A stretch of 64,000 nucleotides of DNA from Lytechinus pictus (Eukaryota): positions 24,366,001-24,430,000 of the forward strand of contig NC_087253.1 in assembly GCF_037042905.1 (NCBI RefSeq), in the 5' to 3' direction. A model generated the notes under the pieces. It was not told where the DNA came from, searched no databases, and saw only the letters and a list, made by a program, of their open reading frames with translations. A program made the translations under genes and the position numbers. Of the stretch, positions 10,501-21,431 are shown piece by piece. The stretch's first letter is position 1. Each line of letters starts with the position of its first letter.

Positions 10501-13500
10501 AGCTGATTTTGGGGACAACTCTCCATTTGTTTTGTACACAAATTTTCAGATTTTCCCCTTTATTTTACATATTTCACGTTATCTCCTTATCTTGACATAT
10601 AATGTGGTGTGAATTATATTTTCCCATGACATGTTGTTTTGCTCAGAAGGAGGCAAGATGCATTTGAAAGATAATGAGGTAAATCTGAAAATTTGTGTAC
10701 AAAACAAATGGAGAGCATTATTCTTTCTGATAGGATAGATTTTCTCCAAAGGTTGTATTTTGGTTTCCTTTAAGCAATGAATAGAAGTAGGGCAGATACG
10801 TGTGCTTTCATATTGGCGGATGATGGATCATACAGTTCTTGCATAATCTTATGGACAACATATTTCAAATCAAACCTGTACATGCATTTTACCTTCTCTC
10901 TCTATCAGGTATCTCTGTGGAAAGCGCGTCCGCGTCGAGATGTCCAGCGGCAGATCCAGGCGTCCCAGAGTTCGTGACCGTGAATACCCGCGGTCCAACT
11001 GGGGTGGGGGCGGTGGTGGCGGCGGCGGTGGCGGTGGAGGGGGATACCCATCCGGCCGATACGGTGGATACAGCGGCGGCGGCTGGAACAGATCGAGGTA
11101 CGATTTATCTTTGGCAAATTATTTTTAGGTCAGTTTATGAAGATCAGTATCTACTTTATCAGTTAACCCATTGACAACTTAAATCTGTGAATCACATACA
11201 CTCTACACGGTCTATCCACTGGCAGGATCGAACTGGTTAATACTTCAGCCATATTTGCCCGCATTCACAAAGGTGGTTTTGAAAACCGTCGTTTGAACCC
11301 ATGGTTTATCCAGATTTTATGTTTAAATTATGCTGAATTTACCGCGAATAAAATGTACCAATGCTGCTACACACTTTTGTCACATTGTGCTAAATGGATG
11401 CTTTTTGTTATGGTTGAGCACGCTATTTTATGCAAGTCTACTGTTGTGAATTAATGACTCAACTGTCTTGAACAGTGGACTCATAAATAAAGTAGCATGC
11501 TGAACTATGGCAACAGGCATCAATTTAGCGCATTGTGACAAAAATGCTCATCAGCATTGGACACTATTCAATCTGAAATCTGTATAAATCATGGGTTCAA
11601 GCGATTTTGCAAAGCCTCTGCCTAATTTTTAGGATTTCCTTCACTTTGGAGTTGGTGGACAAGAAATTTACCTCAAATATGAAGTATAATACTTGGCATG
11701 CAGTGTAATAAATCTATTAAGTACAGGTCTTCGCCAGGGATTGGATTTACCTACTATCCAGTGCCATACATTGATACCATTTGTCCCTCTAATTGACTTT
11801 GGTGATTCAAACTCGAGTTTTCTTTGCAAAGAAGTTGCAACATTGTTATCACCAAAGCAGCAGTAATGCTTTTAAAGAAACCACTCTCACGAGGCATTTA
11901 TTTTGTATTTTTTGTTTTATTAAATATTTTGAATGTCACCCAGATTTTTCATGTACAGGGCAGCATGTGTCGCATCCAACCATCTTCTTTTCACACGTTT
12001 ACAATTAGGCCCGTTTCGGGTACACGTGTACACGCACGGTCAAGTCAGTGCACGTGTACTAAATTCCATCACCGTGTACACGGTAGCATCTGCAAAAAGC
12101 TTGCATGGGACTGTAAAGTCAGTGAACAAGCTCACAGCCTCACATTAATTCTTAGTTCTCAGACACTGCACATGTTTTAATATGTCAATATATTTCAATT
12201 AACCTAGAATGAGTTTACTTCCGAAATCGCCGATTTAATCCACATTCATTCTGGAGACTCAAGTTTTTGTACCATGAAATGGGTCTGCTCCGGTCTCGAA
12301 AGCTCGAAAGCGTTGCTCAATCACACTCAGAGCCAATTTGAGAATCACCAATTGCGACAGCGATCATTGCTACAGTTACGTGTTATACGCTCGTACACAT
12401 GTGCTACAAGCCTACGAACAAATGCTCCTCAAATTGGCAATAAAATAATGAAAGTCAATCGATAACTTCAGTTACACTTAATTCTGCAGCGATCTGTGCA
12501 TGCACGTACGGTACAGTATGCAAAATGCGCATCCAACGAACGTCGGCGCTAGCTAGGGCCCTACATTGATTTTCTTTCGCATTCTTTATTAATTTAATGC
12601 GCTGCTAAGCCGAGTAAACTTTTTAATCGCACCAATTTTTGTGGATTGATACTTCTAACTTCTCAGGTAAGCTCTAAAACCGTGACTTAGGCTGTATAGA
12701 CCCCCTTTTATGTTACATTGACATGTTGATGCGGGTCCGTGTTGACATGTCAGAAACACTGAAAACATAACTCGCTCTCAGTGTTTACAACGTGTACCCG
12801 ACCAAAAAAAACACGCCGTGTACACGTGCATCGAAAATGGACTTACAAACGGGCCTATTAACAATCAATACCGTTTCTTTAAAAATAAAGCAGTTGGTTT
12901 CTGCAGTTTGCTTCACACTGCACATACATAACTGCATTTTCCTGCAGTTAATGTGCACAATGTCCTTTGTATAAATATGCTTTTTTTATATAAATATGTT
13001 TTATGCAGACAGTTGGTAAATATTAAACAAACTTGAATGGTGGAAACCTGACAACTTATGGGACCCGTTTCATAAAGACAAGTTTGCAACTATGGTAGCT
13101 TTGCCATTATTGTAAGTGTCATGGAAATCTTGATTCTGATTGGCTTCTGAGCCCTGTTACCAACCTTACCATAATTAATAGCAAAGTTACAACGGTTGTA
13201 ACTCTAAAATAACTTTGAAAGTTTGTGGATCTAGTTCATGAAGCTTGGACACAAGAGCAATCAAGTATAACTGAACATCCTTTGTGAGTTTTATGAACCA
13301 TGACCAAGGTCAAAGGTCATTTAAACAGGGTCAACAGACTTGGCCATTTTTTTTTTTGGGGGGGGGTTGTTGAATTGCCATCATAAATGTAAAACTTTGA
13401 AAGTTTATTGATCTAGTTATGAAACTTAGACCCAAGAGTCATCAAGTATCATTGAACATCCTGCATAAGTTTCAGGTCATATGACCGAGGTTTAAGGTCA

Positions 13501-16500
13501 TATAAGGTCAATGAACTTTGGCTACGTTGGGGGTATTTGTTGAATTGCCATCATAACATAAGTTTATAGATCTAGTTCATGAAACGTGGACAAATGGGTA
13601 ATCGACTATCACTTATCGTTTTGCATAAGTCGTACATGCTCAAGGTCATTACGGTCAATGAACATATTTTATTATCATACAGGTATGGATGGTATTTTTT
13701 GTGAATAATTATTCACTAGTTATTTTCAAAGTCAGCACTGCTGCTGTATTTAATCTTGTAATGCAGACGAGACTGCCAGAGGCATTCCACTTGTTTATCT
13801 ATCTATTTATTTAGTTGGGATGCAAATATTCTCATTTGATATCTTTCAGGAACTTATTTTGAATTTGCTTCATTATTTGCAAGAAATAACTGCAATCAAT
13901 TTTAATTTGAACTGTGAATTGCAAATGATTGGTCATAGAGAGTCAGTACTCTTTGTAAGAAGAAGCATTCTAAAAATCGCTTGCAAGTAATTTCACACTT
14001 ATGGTAGATTTGTATGTTACACCCCTTGAAGTGGGGGTTGTTTATAAATGCATCTTTCTCCAGCTCAAGAAGTTTGAATTCAACTCAAGTTTCTGAGCCA
14101 TTTTGGTCTCTGACTGACTTCATAATACCGTTTTTGCTGCCACTTATTTCAGGCTTTGTCTCCTCAACACCACCATCATCATCAACCTTCCTCATCACCA
14201 CCACTACCTCCACGACTCATCGATCACATGATCACATCTGCCCAATCAACCCTCTGGTTTTTTCTTCCTGAAGGCTATCAACACATCCAAAACAACAACA
14301 GCACCTTCTGTCTGCCATTCCCTGTTCCTGATAAAAAAAGTGAAAAGTTGGTTATAGATCTTGCCCTTCGTAGGAACAATGTTATAGATTTAGACTGGAA
14401 ATAGGGAGATAAAACAGATATCAAAGTTTCAGCCTGACTGAGACAACTAGATCTTCAAAGTTTTAATCATCCTGGCTTGAACAACCTCATCTAGCCCAGC
14501 ATCGATATGTAGTCTAGAATAAACACATCTGGCCCAATTACCTGGTTCTAAACAACTGCAGTATAGTGGGTCCAAACGCCACATCTGACCCAAATATCAG
14601 ATCCAACATCTGGCCCGGTCACCTGGTCCAAACATCTGGCCTAAATGCGTGGTTCAAACAACCACATGTGGCCCAAACACCTGGTCCAAACAACCTTATC
14701 TGGCCCAAACATCTGGTCCAAACACCTGGTCCAAACAACCTTATCTGGCCCAAACATCTGGGTCAATCACCTGGTCTAAACAACCACATCTGGGTCAATC
14801 ACCTGGCCTAAACAACCACATCTGGCCCAAACATCAGATCCAACATCTGGTCCAAACAACAGATCCAACATCTGGCCCAAACACCTGGTCCAAACAACCA
14901 CATCTGGTCCAAACATCAGATCCAACATCTGGCCCAAACACCTGGTCCAAACAACCACATCTGGCCCAAACATCAGATCCAACATCTGGCCCAAACACCT
15001 GGTCCAAACAACCACATCTGGTCCAATCACCTGGTCCAATCAACCACATCTGGTCCAAACATCAGATCCAACATCTGGCCCAAACACCAGGTCTAAACAA
15101 CCACATCTGGCCCAAACAACTTCTTCTGGCTTTAACATCCAGCCTAAACAACTGGCCTGACTCTTCTCCATCCTTCACAACCATCCAACTTCCAGTCTTC
15201 CAAATCAAAGGTTCCTGGCTGTTTTATTGCCAACTTTATTTTGTTTATTTATTCTTCTATGTCGAGGGAGAAGAAGTGGAGGAGTTGAGATTCTCCCAAT
15301 TCATATTGGAATTGAATCAAATTTACACACTGCCAAGCTACATTGCATTGGATTCATGAATTTACAGCAACCTGTGTTCGGTCAATTTGTAAATTGCTAT
15401 AATGCCTGATTAGGAAGTGAAAGACAGCTTTGACATTATATGAAGCAATTGCATTTGATACCTTACTTAACCTGCTGTAAAAGAAAATCACTGCTTCCGA
15501 AATATCAGTGAAGACACATTTGCAGATTTTTCATTTTAATAGTGACTTGCGCTGCCATTTTGGAAATAATTTGTGACTTTTGAAAATTGCTAAATTGAAC
15601 AGTCAATTCCGGGATGCTGTGAATTCAGAATCAATCTATGGTACAGCATTTGAGAGCACTTGGAAAAGCATAATTACTTGGATTATTTTGATGTGTGACC
15701 ACAATACAAGGTCTTCAGTTTGACGTCCCAATTAATATAATTATATGATCACTGATTGTGCAAAGAAGTGTTAACAGAAAAATGAACGTATATTTCATCA
15801 TATTTATTCTTTGAATGCCCATTGGATGCAAGACGAAATAAAATCAAATAATTAATGGGAACCTATGCTTTATTCTCCCTCTACGATTTGATTTTGTTGG
15901 AGTTCCCACTTTTAAAATGAAGATAACAAAACATTCACAATGGTGACAAATTTCTTTAGTTATTCGGGCAGACAAATTTGTTGTGAATTTCTAGGTTTTG
16001 AAATGAGTTGGTGAGGGAATCAGTTAAATGTAGGAATATATTTTGGTGATATCCATCCAGCTTTTTAATTATTTTATGTTATTTTCTTGCAGATACAGCC
16101 GGAGCAAGAGTCGAAGCAGGTGAGATAAGCTCTGATTCTTGACTGTAAAAACTTTATAAAAACGTTTCTGGTACGGTGCTAAAAATGATTTTGTTTATGT
16201 AAGGGGTTCTTACGCTAAACATTTTACTTCAAAACTTTTAAGTGCCTGTTACTGTAGTTGCAGCAAACAATCATTTTATGAGGAAGTCTTTAAAATCAAG
16301 GCTAATCGTCACTGTATTATGGTAGATCTAGATCAGGGAGGTGTTTCACAAAGATTTAGTATGACTTAGAGTCAGACTTAAATGGTGAGTGGCGTGCGGT
16401 ATAAAAGGCATGACCGCATTGGTTAGATCATGTGAATGATGATGCGCACGAGAGATTGCGCATTGCATATCACATATGCTTCAACATTTACATGTAAGTG

Positions 16501-19088
16501 CAACTCTAAGTCATGCTTCAATCTTTGTGAAAAACCCCCCTGATTTGTTTACCCAAACCTAACTCTGTGAAATCGTGAAATCCACACTGACGGTTACCAA
16601 CACAGATAGGTACATGTGGGACAGTCATGATTATAATTGCTTGAAAAACACCTCAATATCTGGCTGGTATGCTTTTCTTATTTTGTCCTTTTTTCAGCAA
16701 TAACACATTTTCTACCAGAATGATATAATAATGATAATAGCCAATTTTTATATAGCACTTTTCCCAGAATGGCTCAAAGCGCTTTACAGTATATTATTAC
16801 CCCGGTCATTGGATTCATTTCAATCCCACACGAAAAGTGCACAATTTCCACTCCCTAGGAAGCATTCATCGCAGCCTCATTATGGCGCTGGCAAATTCAA
16901 ACAATATCTTTCGCATCCTACCGGGTACCGGATATGATACATATTTTTGTATACACTGCATATATAAACACTTGGGTGGTAATTTTATTGGATTCTGTTT
17001 GAACTCATTTCTAAATTTTTATCACACGCAACTGGCATTCATGTTAAAGACATACATGTAAGACATGGAAATTGGTTGTTTGTTTATTTTCTGCTTTTTG
17101 TGTGTCTGGCTCGCCCAGAACAAAAAAAAAACTCTGGGAAGCTTTGAAATTATCTTTGCGTGAACTAAAGAAAATATATGAAAAAATGAAAAATAACAAT
17201 TTAGTAAAGCAGCTTTCATTTGAAAGTGGGAACTCAACAAGTCATAATATTAGATCTATAGAAGTATTGGTATGTTTTGCTATTTTGTAATCCATCTGAC
17301 TGTAAAAAAAATAATCTGAAGTTATGTTCTGAATTCAATTTGAATATTCAACTATGAATTGCATATCTCATTTCATGTTATCAACACTTGTATATTTCTG
17401 TATCCATTTTCTATTTATTCAAAGTTTGTAATCGGTGTGTAAAAAGTGTATATGTTTGCATTAACATGTAAATAAAATAAATATCCACCATGGACAAAAA
17501 AATATTGAATTGAATTAAAATTTGTAATACTGAATAATATATTTTTTTTAATGTATCAATTACAATGTTCTTATATGCTTCAATTTCTAGATCTCCTAGG
17601 CGCTACCGATCTCGCAGCAGATCACCACGCCGTCGATCGCCAAGTAGATCACCACGCCGTCGATCGCCAAGCAAATCTCCACGCCGTCGATCACCTGTCT
17701 TTAAAAGGTAATAGCTCTCTCTATTGCACGGGAACTGTTCATATTTCTCTTTATGTAGGAAGGTAATGTTTCTTTTGAATGTGTGTTGAGCGTGAACATA
17801 ATTATACAGGACTCTTTTACAGCTTACATGATGTGGGCCATTTACTTATCTTTAGAGGTGACTGATTTTTTGCCTTAAAATGTTTTTGCTGGGATCTCAA
17901 AAACTGTGTCTCTTCAAGTAGCCAATGAAACAAATTTACTAGTAATTCAAGTGTAACACGCGGAAACTGATGTAGAAAGATGACACACGACACCATTCCT
18001 TGTGTTTCGGTTCGTTTAATATCGATGGATCGTTACATACAAAATTCCAAGTACAAGAACAAAAGATAGAAAAAAACCCTGGCAATCTGGCCTAGAGGAC
18101 CTTATTTCCTCTGGTGAGAGCCTCACCCGCTACACGAATGTCATGTCAAATACCTATAATTCTGACCCGAAAATGAAGAAGCCTCTCTGCCTGCCCCATG
18201 AATGGGGTGCAGTGCAGGAGTGAATTGGAGTAAAATCCTCTCTCCCTTTTATGCAGTTATCACTCTCTATTCACAGATGCTTAGCCTTGACCATAATTAT
18301 CTACGTCATACAAGCTCATAGCTCTGGAATGTGATGTTTTGACCCAAAGACCATTCAGCATCACTCTTACCCAGAAAGAGTGTGAATCATACTTCTTAAA
18401 AAGCATGAAGAATGTTAAACATTTCTACTTTCTACTACTTCCTGTGCACTTCCTGTGAAGGCATCTATTACTTACAGACAAATAATTAAGAGTAATGAAA
18501 ATATATGAATTTTCCTTAAACAGTTCACTTTGACCTGTTACACAAGTTTCATTTTTTTTGCCTGAAGTGATTAGGTAAAATATACATAAAATAGAAAATG
18601 TACATGTATAACAATGGACATCTAATTAATTATTGGAAATGAGGAAGGTATTGGCTGAAAAGGAAGAAACCTTGTATAAGGTCAAACTACTCATCATTTT
18701 ATTGTAATATTATTTTATTCTGCCAGTTATGAAAGAGATATATGTTCCTCAGTACCTCAATTGACCTGTTTTTTCATGGTTTCAACTTTTTTCTGTAACC
18801 AGGAGCAGATCCCATTCTCGTGACCGATCGCGTGGAAAATCCCGGGAGGGTTCCCGATCTCACGAACGCTCCAAGGGGCGGTCCCGATCCCACGACCGCT
18901 CCAGAGGGCGGTCCAGATCCCGCGACCGCTCCAAGGGCCGCTACCGATCTCGGTCCAAGAGCCCCCGCTACGAGAAGTCCCGCTCCCGAACCCGTTCGCG
19001 TTCCCGCACTCCCGAAGATAACAAGGATCATCATTCCTTCAACGAGGATAACTCTCCCAGTCACCAGCAAGAAAACGACGGGGACTAA
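7528..19088 (+). CDS. SRSF3: Serine/arginine-rich splicing factor, SRSF3/SRp20-like (RRM + Gly linker + RS domain, no zinc knuckle), 277 aa
   Basis: Coding exons 7528-7742, 10909-11097, 16093-16119, 17591-17707, 18803-19088; all GT-AG, all phase 2, 834 nt in total. RRM: CKVYVGDLG...[21 protein letters not shown]...[20 protein letters not shown] repeats follow. The SRSF7-type CCHC knuckle is absent. Confidence 0.92.
8002..8429. mobile_element. MITE-like interspersed repeat (second copy at 63543-63940)
   Basis: Both copies begin gtttattttcaattggtctaatgccaa and end gaattg(a/g)caatt(c/t)acc, with loosely inverted halves. Confidence 0.7.
8905..9479. mobile_element. Kolobok/T2-type MITE nested in an older TIR element (about 8522-9522)
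   Basis: TTAA|AGGAGAATGAAAC...GTTTCATTCTCCT|TTAA. The flanks ttctca...gtttactagaaac and gtttccagtaaac...tgagaa are inverted matches. A partial copy lies near 61950-62150. Confidence 0.8.
9597..9829. mobile_element. Tc1/mariner-type MITE
   Basis: TA|CAGTGGTG..AAAAGTTAGTGAACCCC ... GGGGTTCACTAAC..CACCACTG|TA. Confidence 0.8.
10332..10769. mobile_element. Kolobok/T2-type MITE
   Basis: TTAA|AGGAAACCAAAA ... TTTTGGTTTCCT|TTAA. Confidence 0.8.
12007..12856. mobile_element. Non-autonomous TIR DNA transposon
   Basis: taggcccgttt...aaacgggccta termini, with subterminal gtacacgtg repeats at both ends. Confidence 0.6.
13205..13795 (+). mobile_element. Helentron/HINE-like non-autonomous element with internal ~150-190 bp tandem units
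   Basis: Three units of gatctagtt(c)atgaa.c.t.gac....ag...aaggtcat...ggtcaa, ending in a short GC-rich segment plus cttgtt. Class assignment is an inference from structure. Confidence 0.55.
14153..14231 (+). other. Candidate poison/alternative exon start in the SR gene (PTC at 14229-14231)
   Basis: Branch-like CTGACTGAC at 14110-14118 and ttatttcAG at 14152. In frame after exon 10909-11097 it reads [26 protein letters not shown]. Very C/A-rich. Confidence 0.5.
14524..15156 (+). repeat. Intronic minisatellite (57-bp higher-order unit built from catctggcccaaa/cacctggtccaaa subunits)
   Basis: Unit tctggcccaaacacctggtccaaacaaccacatctggtccaaacatcagatccaaca repeats directly. Confidence 0.9.
16725..16980 (-). 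mobile_element. SINE 3' fragment
   Basis: The minus strand ends ...gtaaagcgctttgag...aagtgctatataaa...(tta)n, an L2-partner-type SINE tail. Confidence 0.5.
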
Positions 19089-20624
19089 ATGACAAAGTTT
19101 GGTGTAAACCAGTCACCTGCTGGACTATTAGTATTATTAGCTCTGCACAGGCCCCGGTAACACAAAACTTTTCAATTGATCATGGAGCTGATTTTACAAT
19201 TGATCATACACAATAATCAGTGCAATCAATCAGAGAAATCAGTCAGATGTTCAATTGCCAAGCTTTGTGTTACAGACCCCAGGAATCATCCGGTTCCAGT
19301 AGGCAATGAGATAAATATCCCAAGGAGGGTTTATGCCTTTTTCAGAGTTTTAAAAATCATTTAATAACAATATAAGGACTTCTTCAAAGCTGTTATCAAT
19401 TTGGGATTTTATGTGTTCATGATTGGATGAAAAATTTAAACAATCAAGGTGCACTTTGAGACAACTTATTTCTTTGACGAGGTACATTGCATGTACATGT
19501 AATTGATTTTAATCGTCATTCACAAGGCATGCTGATCGGCACTCAGTAATGCACTCGTCATGCATGGAACATGAGCTACCTACATACCTGCATATTTTAA
19601 AAATATTTTCCCCTATTGACTCGCCTTTTTTTTTTTGGGGGGGGGCCTTTTTTAATGACCTCTTGAATTTTTTTCAATTAGGAAACATAAATGGTATACA
19701 TGTTTGTATTCGAAAAATATATTTTGTCCGTTTGTAATGTTGACATAATGTAATCACAAATCCTGAATATTCAATCCATATCTTGTATAACAACTTCATA
19801 ACCCGTTCTCTTGCGTATATTTACTCTGTTACAAAGAGCCTATCCTTATGCACATTGAACACTTACTGATCTGTTCCCTTTTTTAATTCCTTTGAGATAT
19901 GTATACACAATACAAAATATACACTCCCTTGTATAGATGATGTCATTGGACAGGAGGGCTTAATAGCATGGTTACTCCTGTTCTATTAATATGTATTTTT
20001 CAGTTCTTTGAAAAACAAAAACTTGGTTATAGTGTTTTACTTGTATCCTGGTAAATAGTTTTCATGATCACTCCTGTAAGGATTTTGAAATGAGAATAAC
20101 TACTTCATGTCAAATCATCTATGGATTTATATTTTTTCTTTCATGGAATAGCTCAGATTCTGTTTTGCATTAGATTTAGCATAATTAGCAAATCAACTCA
20201 CCATTGTTGAATATGCTGAAATTGACAATATGCCCATCTTTTTGATTGGAAGAATTTGGCAAAACATTCCTGGTGCTTGCATGTACCAAAGATTTTTTTA
20301 ACAACATTCAAGAGCTATCTGAAACAAAGAAACGTCAAAACTCTGACCAAGATTTACCCATATGTAATGATGCCCTGAATCACTTTTGTACATCCTTTTT
20401 GCTTTATATTTCCTCCTGCAATTATGTTCATCATTTTGTGAGCATTTGGGGGGGGGGGGGGGTGAGGAACCAAATAGAAGACTTATTGGTAAGCTCCAAT
20501 TAAAAGGACCGTTTCATTTCTCCTTTATAAAAAGAAAGAAAGAATATGTCTTGTGTACATATTACACATTTCTATTGCCAAATATTGCTTATCTGTCATT
20601 CATGTTTTAATCTATATTTGCATA

Positions 20625-20859
20625 CACTGCAAAATTCCAGTGTTGATTTAACACCAGCCTGGAATCTATATATGTCCACACCGGAGAAGTATTGCAACAC
20701 GAGTTTGGAATCAAACCAATGCTGTTTTAATACTAATTGGTGTTGTATAAACACCTATCTGGTGTTAGACCAAAACAAAACTGGTGTTTAACACTTCTCT
20801 GGTGTGGACATATATGGAATTCGGGCTGGTGTTAAATCAACACTAGAGTTTTTGCAGTG
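20625..20859. mobile_element. CACTG-ended MITE (EnSpm/CACTA-like)
   Basis: CACTGCAAAA..CAGTGTTGATTTAACACCAGCC ... GGCTGGTGTTAAATCAACACT..TTTTGCAGTG: long TIRs. Confidence 0.75.
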
Positions 20860-21012
20860 AACATTCATTCACCAGTCAAACTTTCCATTTTACTTGCATG
20901 CTTGGTGTAGAAAGAGAAATAATGCATCATTAGAGAGAGAAAAAAGGTATTAATATTTGTACTCGCCATTGTTTATCATGAGTGAAAAACTTATTTGCTG
21001 CAATAAACAAGT

Positions 21013-21431
21013 ATTTTTGTTACATGTACATGTAGTAAATTGATTTGGATACTTCATTTTTACATAGAACAAGTTAGTGTGAAGATTTTGTTATGTAGGC
21101 CACAAGAACAAAATCTGTTAGCCTCTTTTAGGAAAAGGGAGAAAAAAAAAGAAATTGTTTTTAATCAATTAAATTTAATGGCATATTTTCATGAGGTGTT
21201 TGTTAAAATAAATACCACTATTTTGTTACATGTACATGTAGTAAATTGATTTGGATAATTCATTTTTACATAGAACAAGTTAGTGTGAAGATTTTGTTAT
21301 GTAGACCACAAGAACAAAATCTGTTAGCCTCTTTTAGGAAAAGGGAGAAAAAAAAAGAAATTGTTTTTAATCAATTAAATTTAATGGCATATTTTCATGA
21401 GGTGTTTGTTAAAATAAATACCACTATTTTG
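21013..21431. repeat. Near-perfect 206-bp tandem duplication
   Basis: ORF-track entries 21040 and 21246 are almost identical; only about two substitutions are seen. Confidence 0.9.

Noticed and set aside
14649-15359. 236-aa repetitive ORF as a protein-coding exon
   Set aside because: GTG start, no flanking splice sites identified, and openness is explained by a stop-free 57-bp repeat.
7528-19088. Calling the gene SRSF7/9G8
   Set aside because: No CCHC zinc knuckle after the RRM; a Gly-rich linker is present instead. Exact orthology within the SRSF3/7 family needs a tree.
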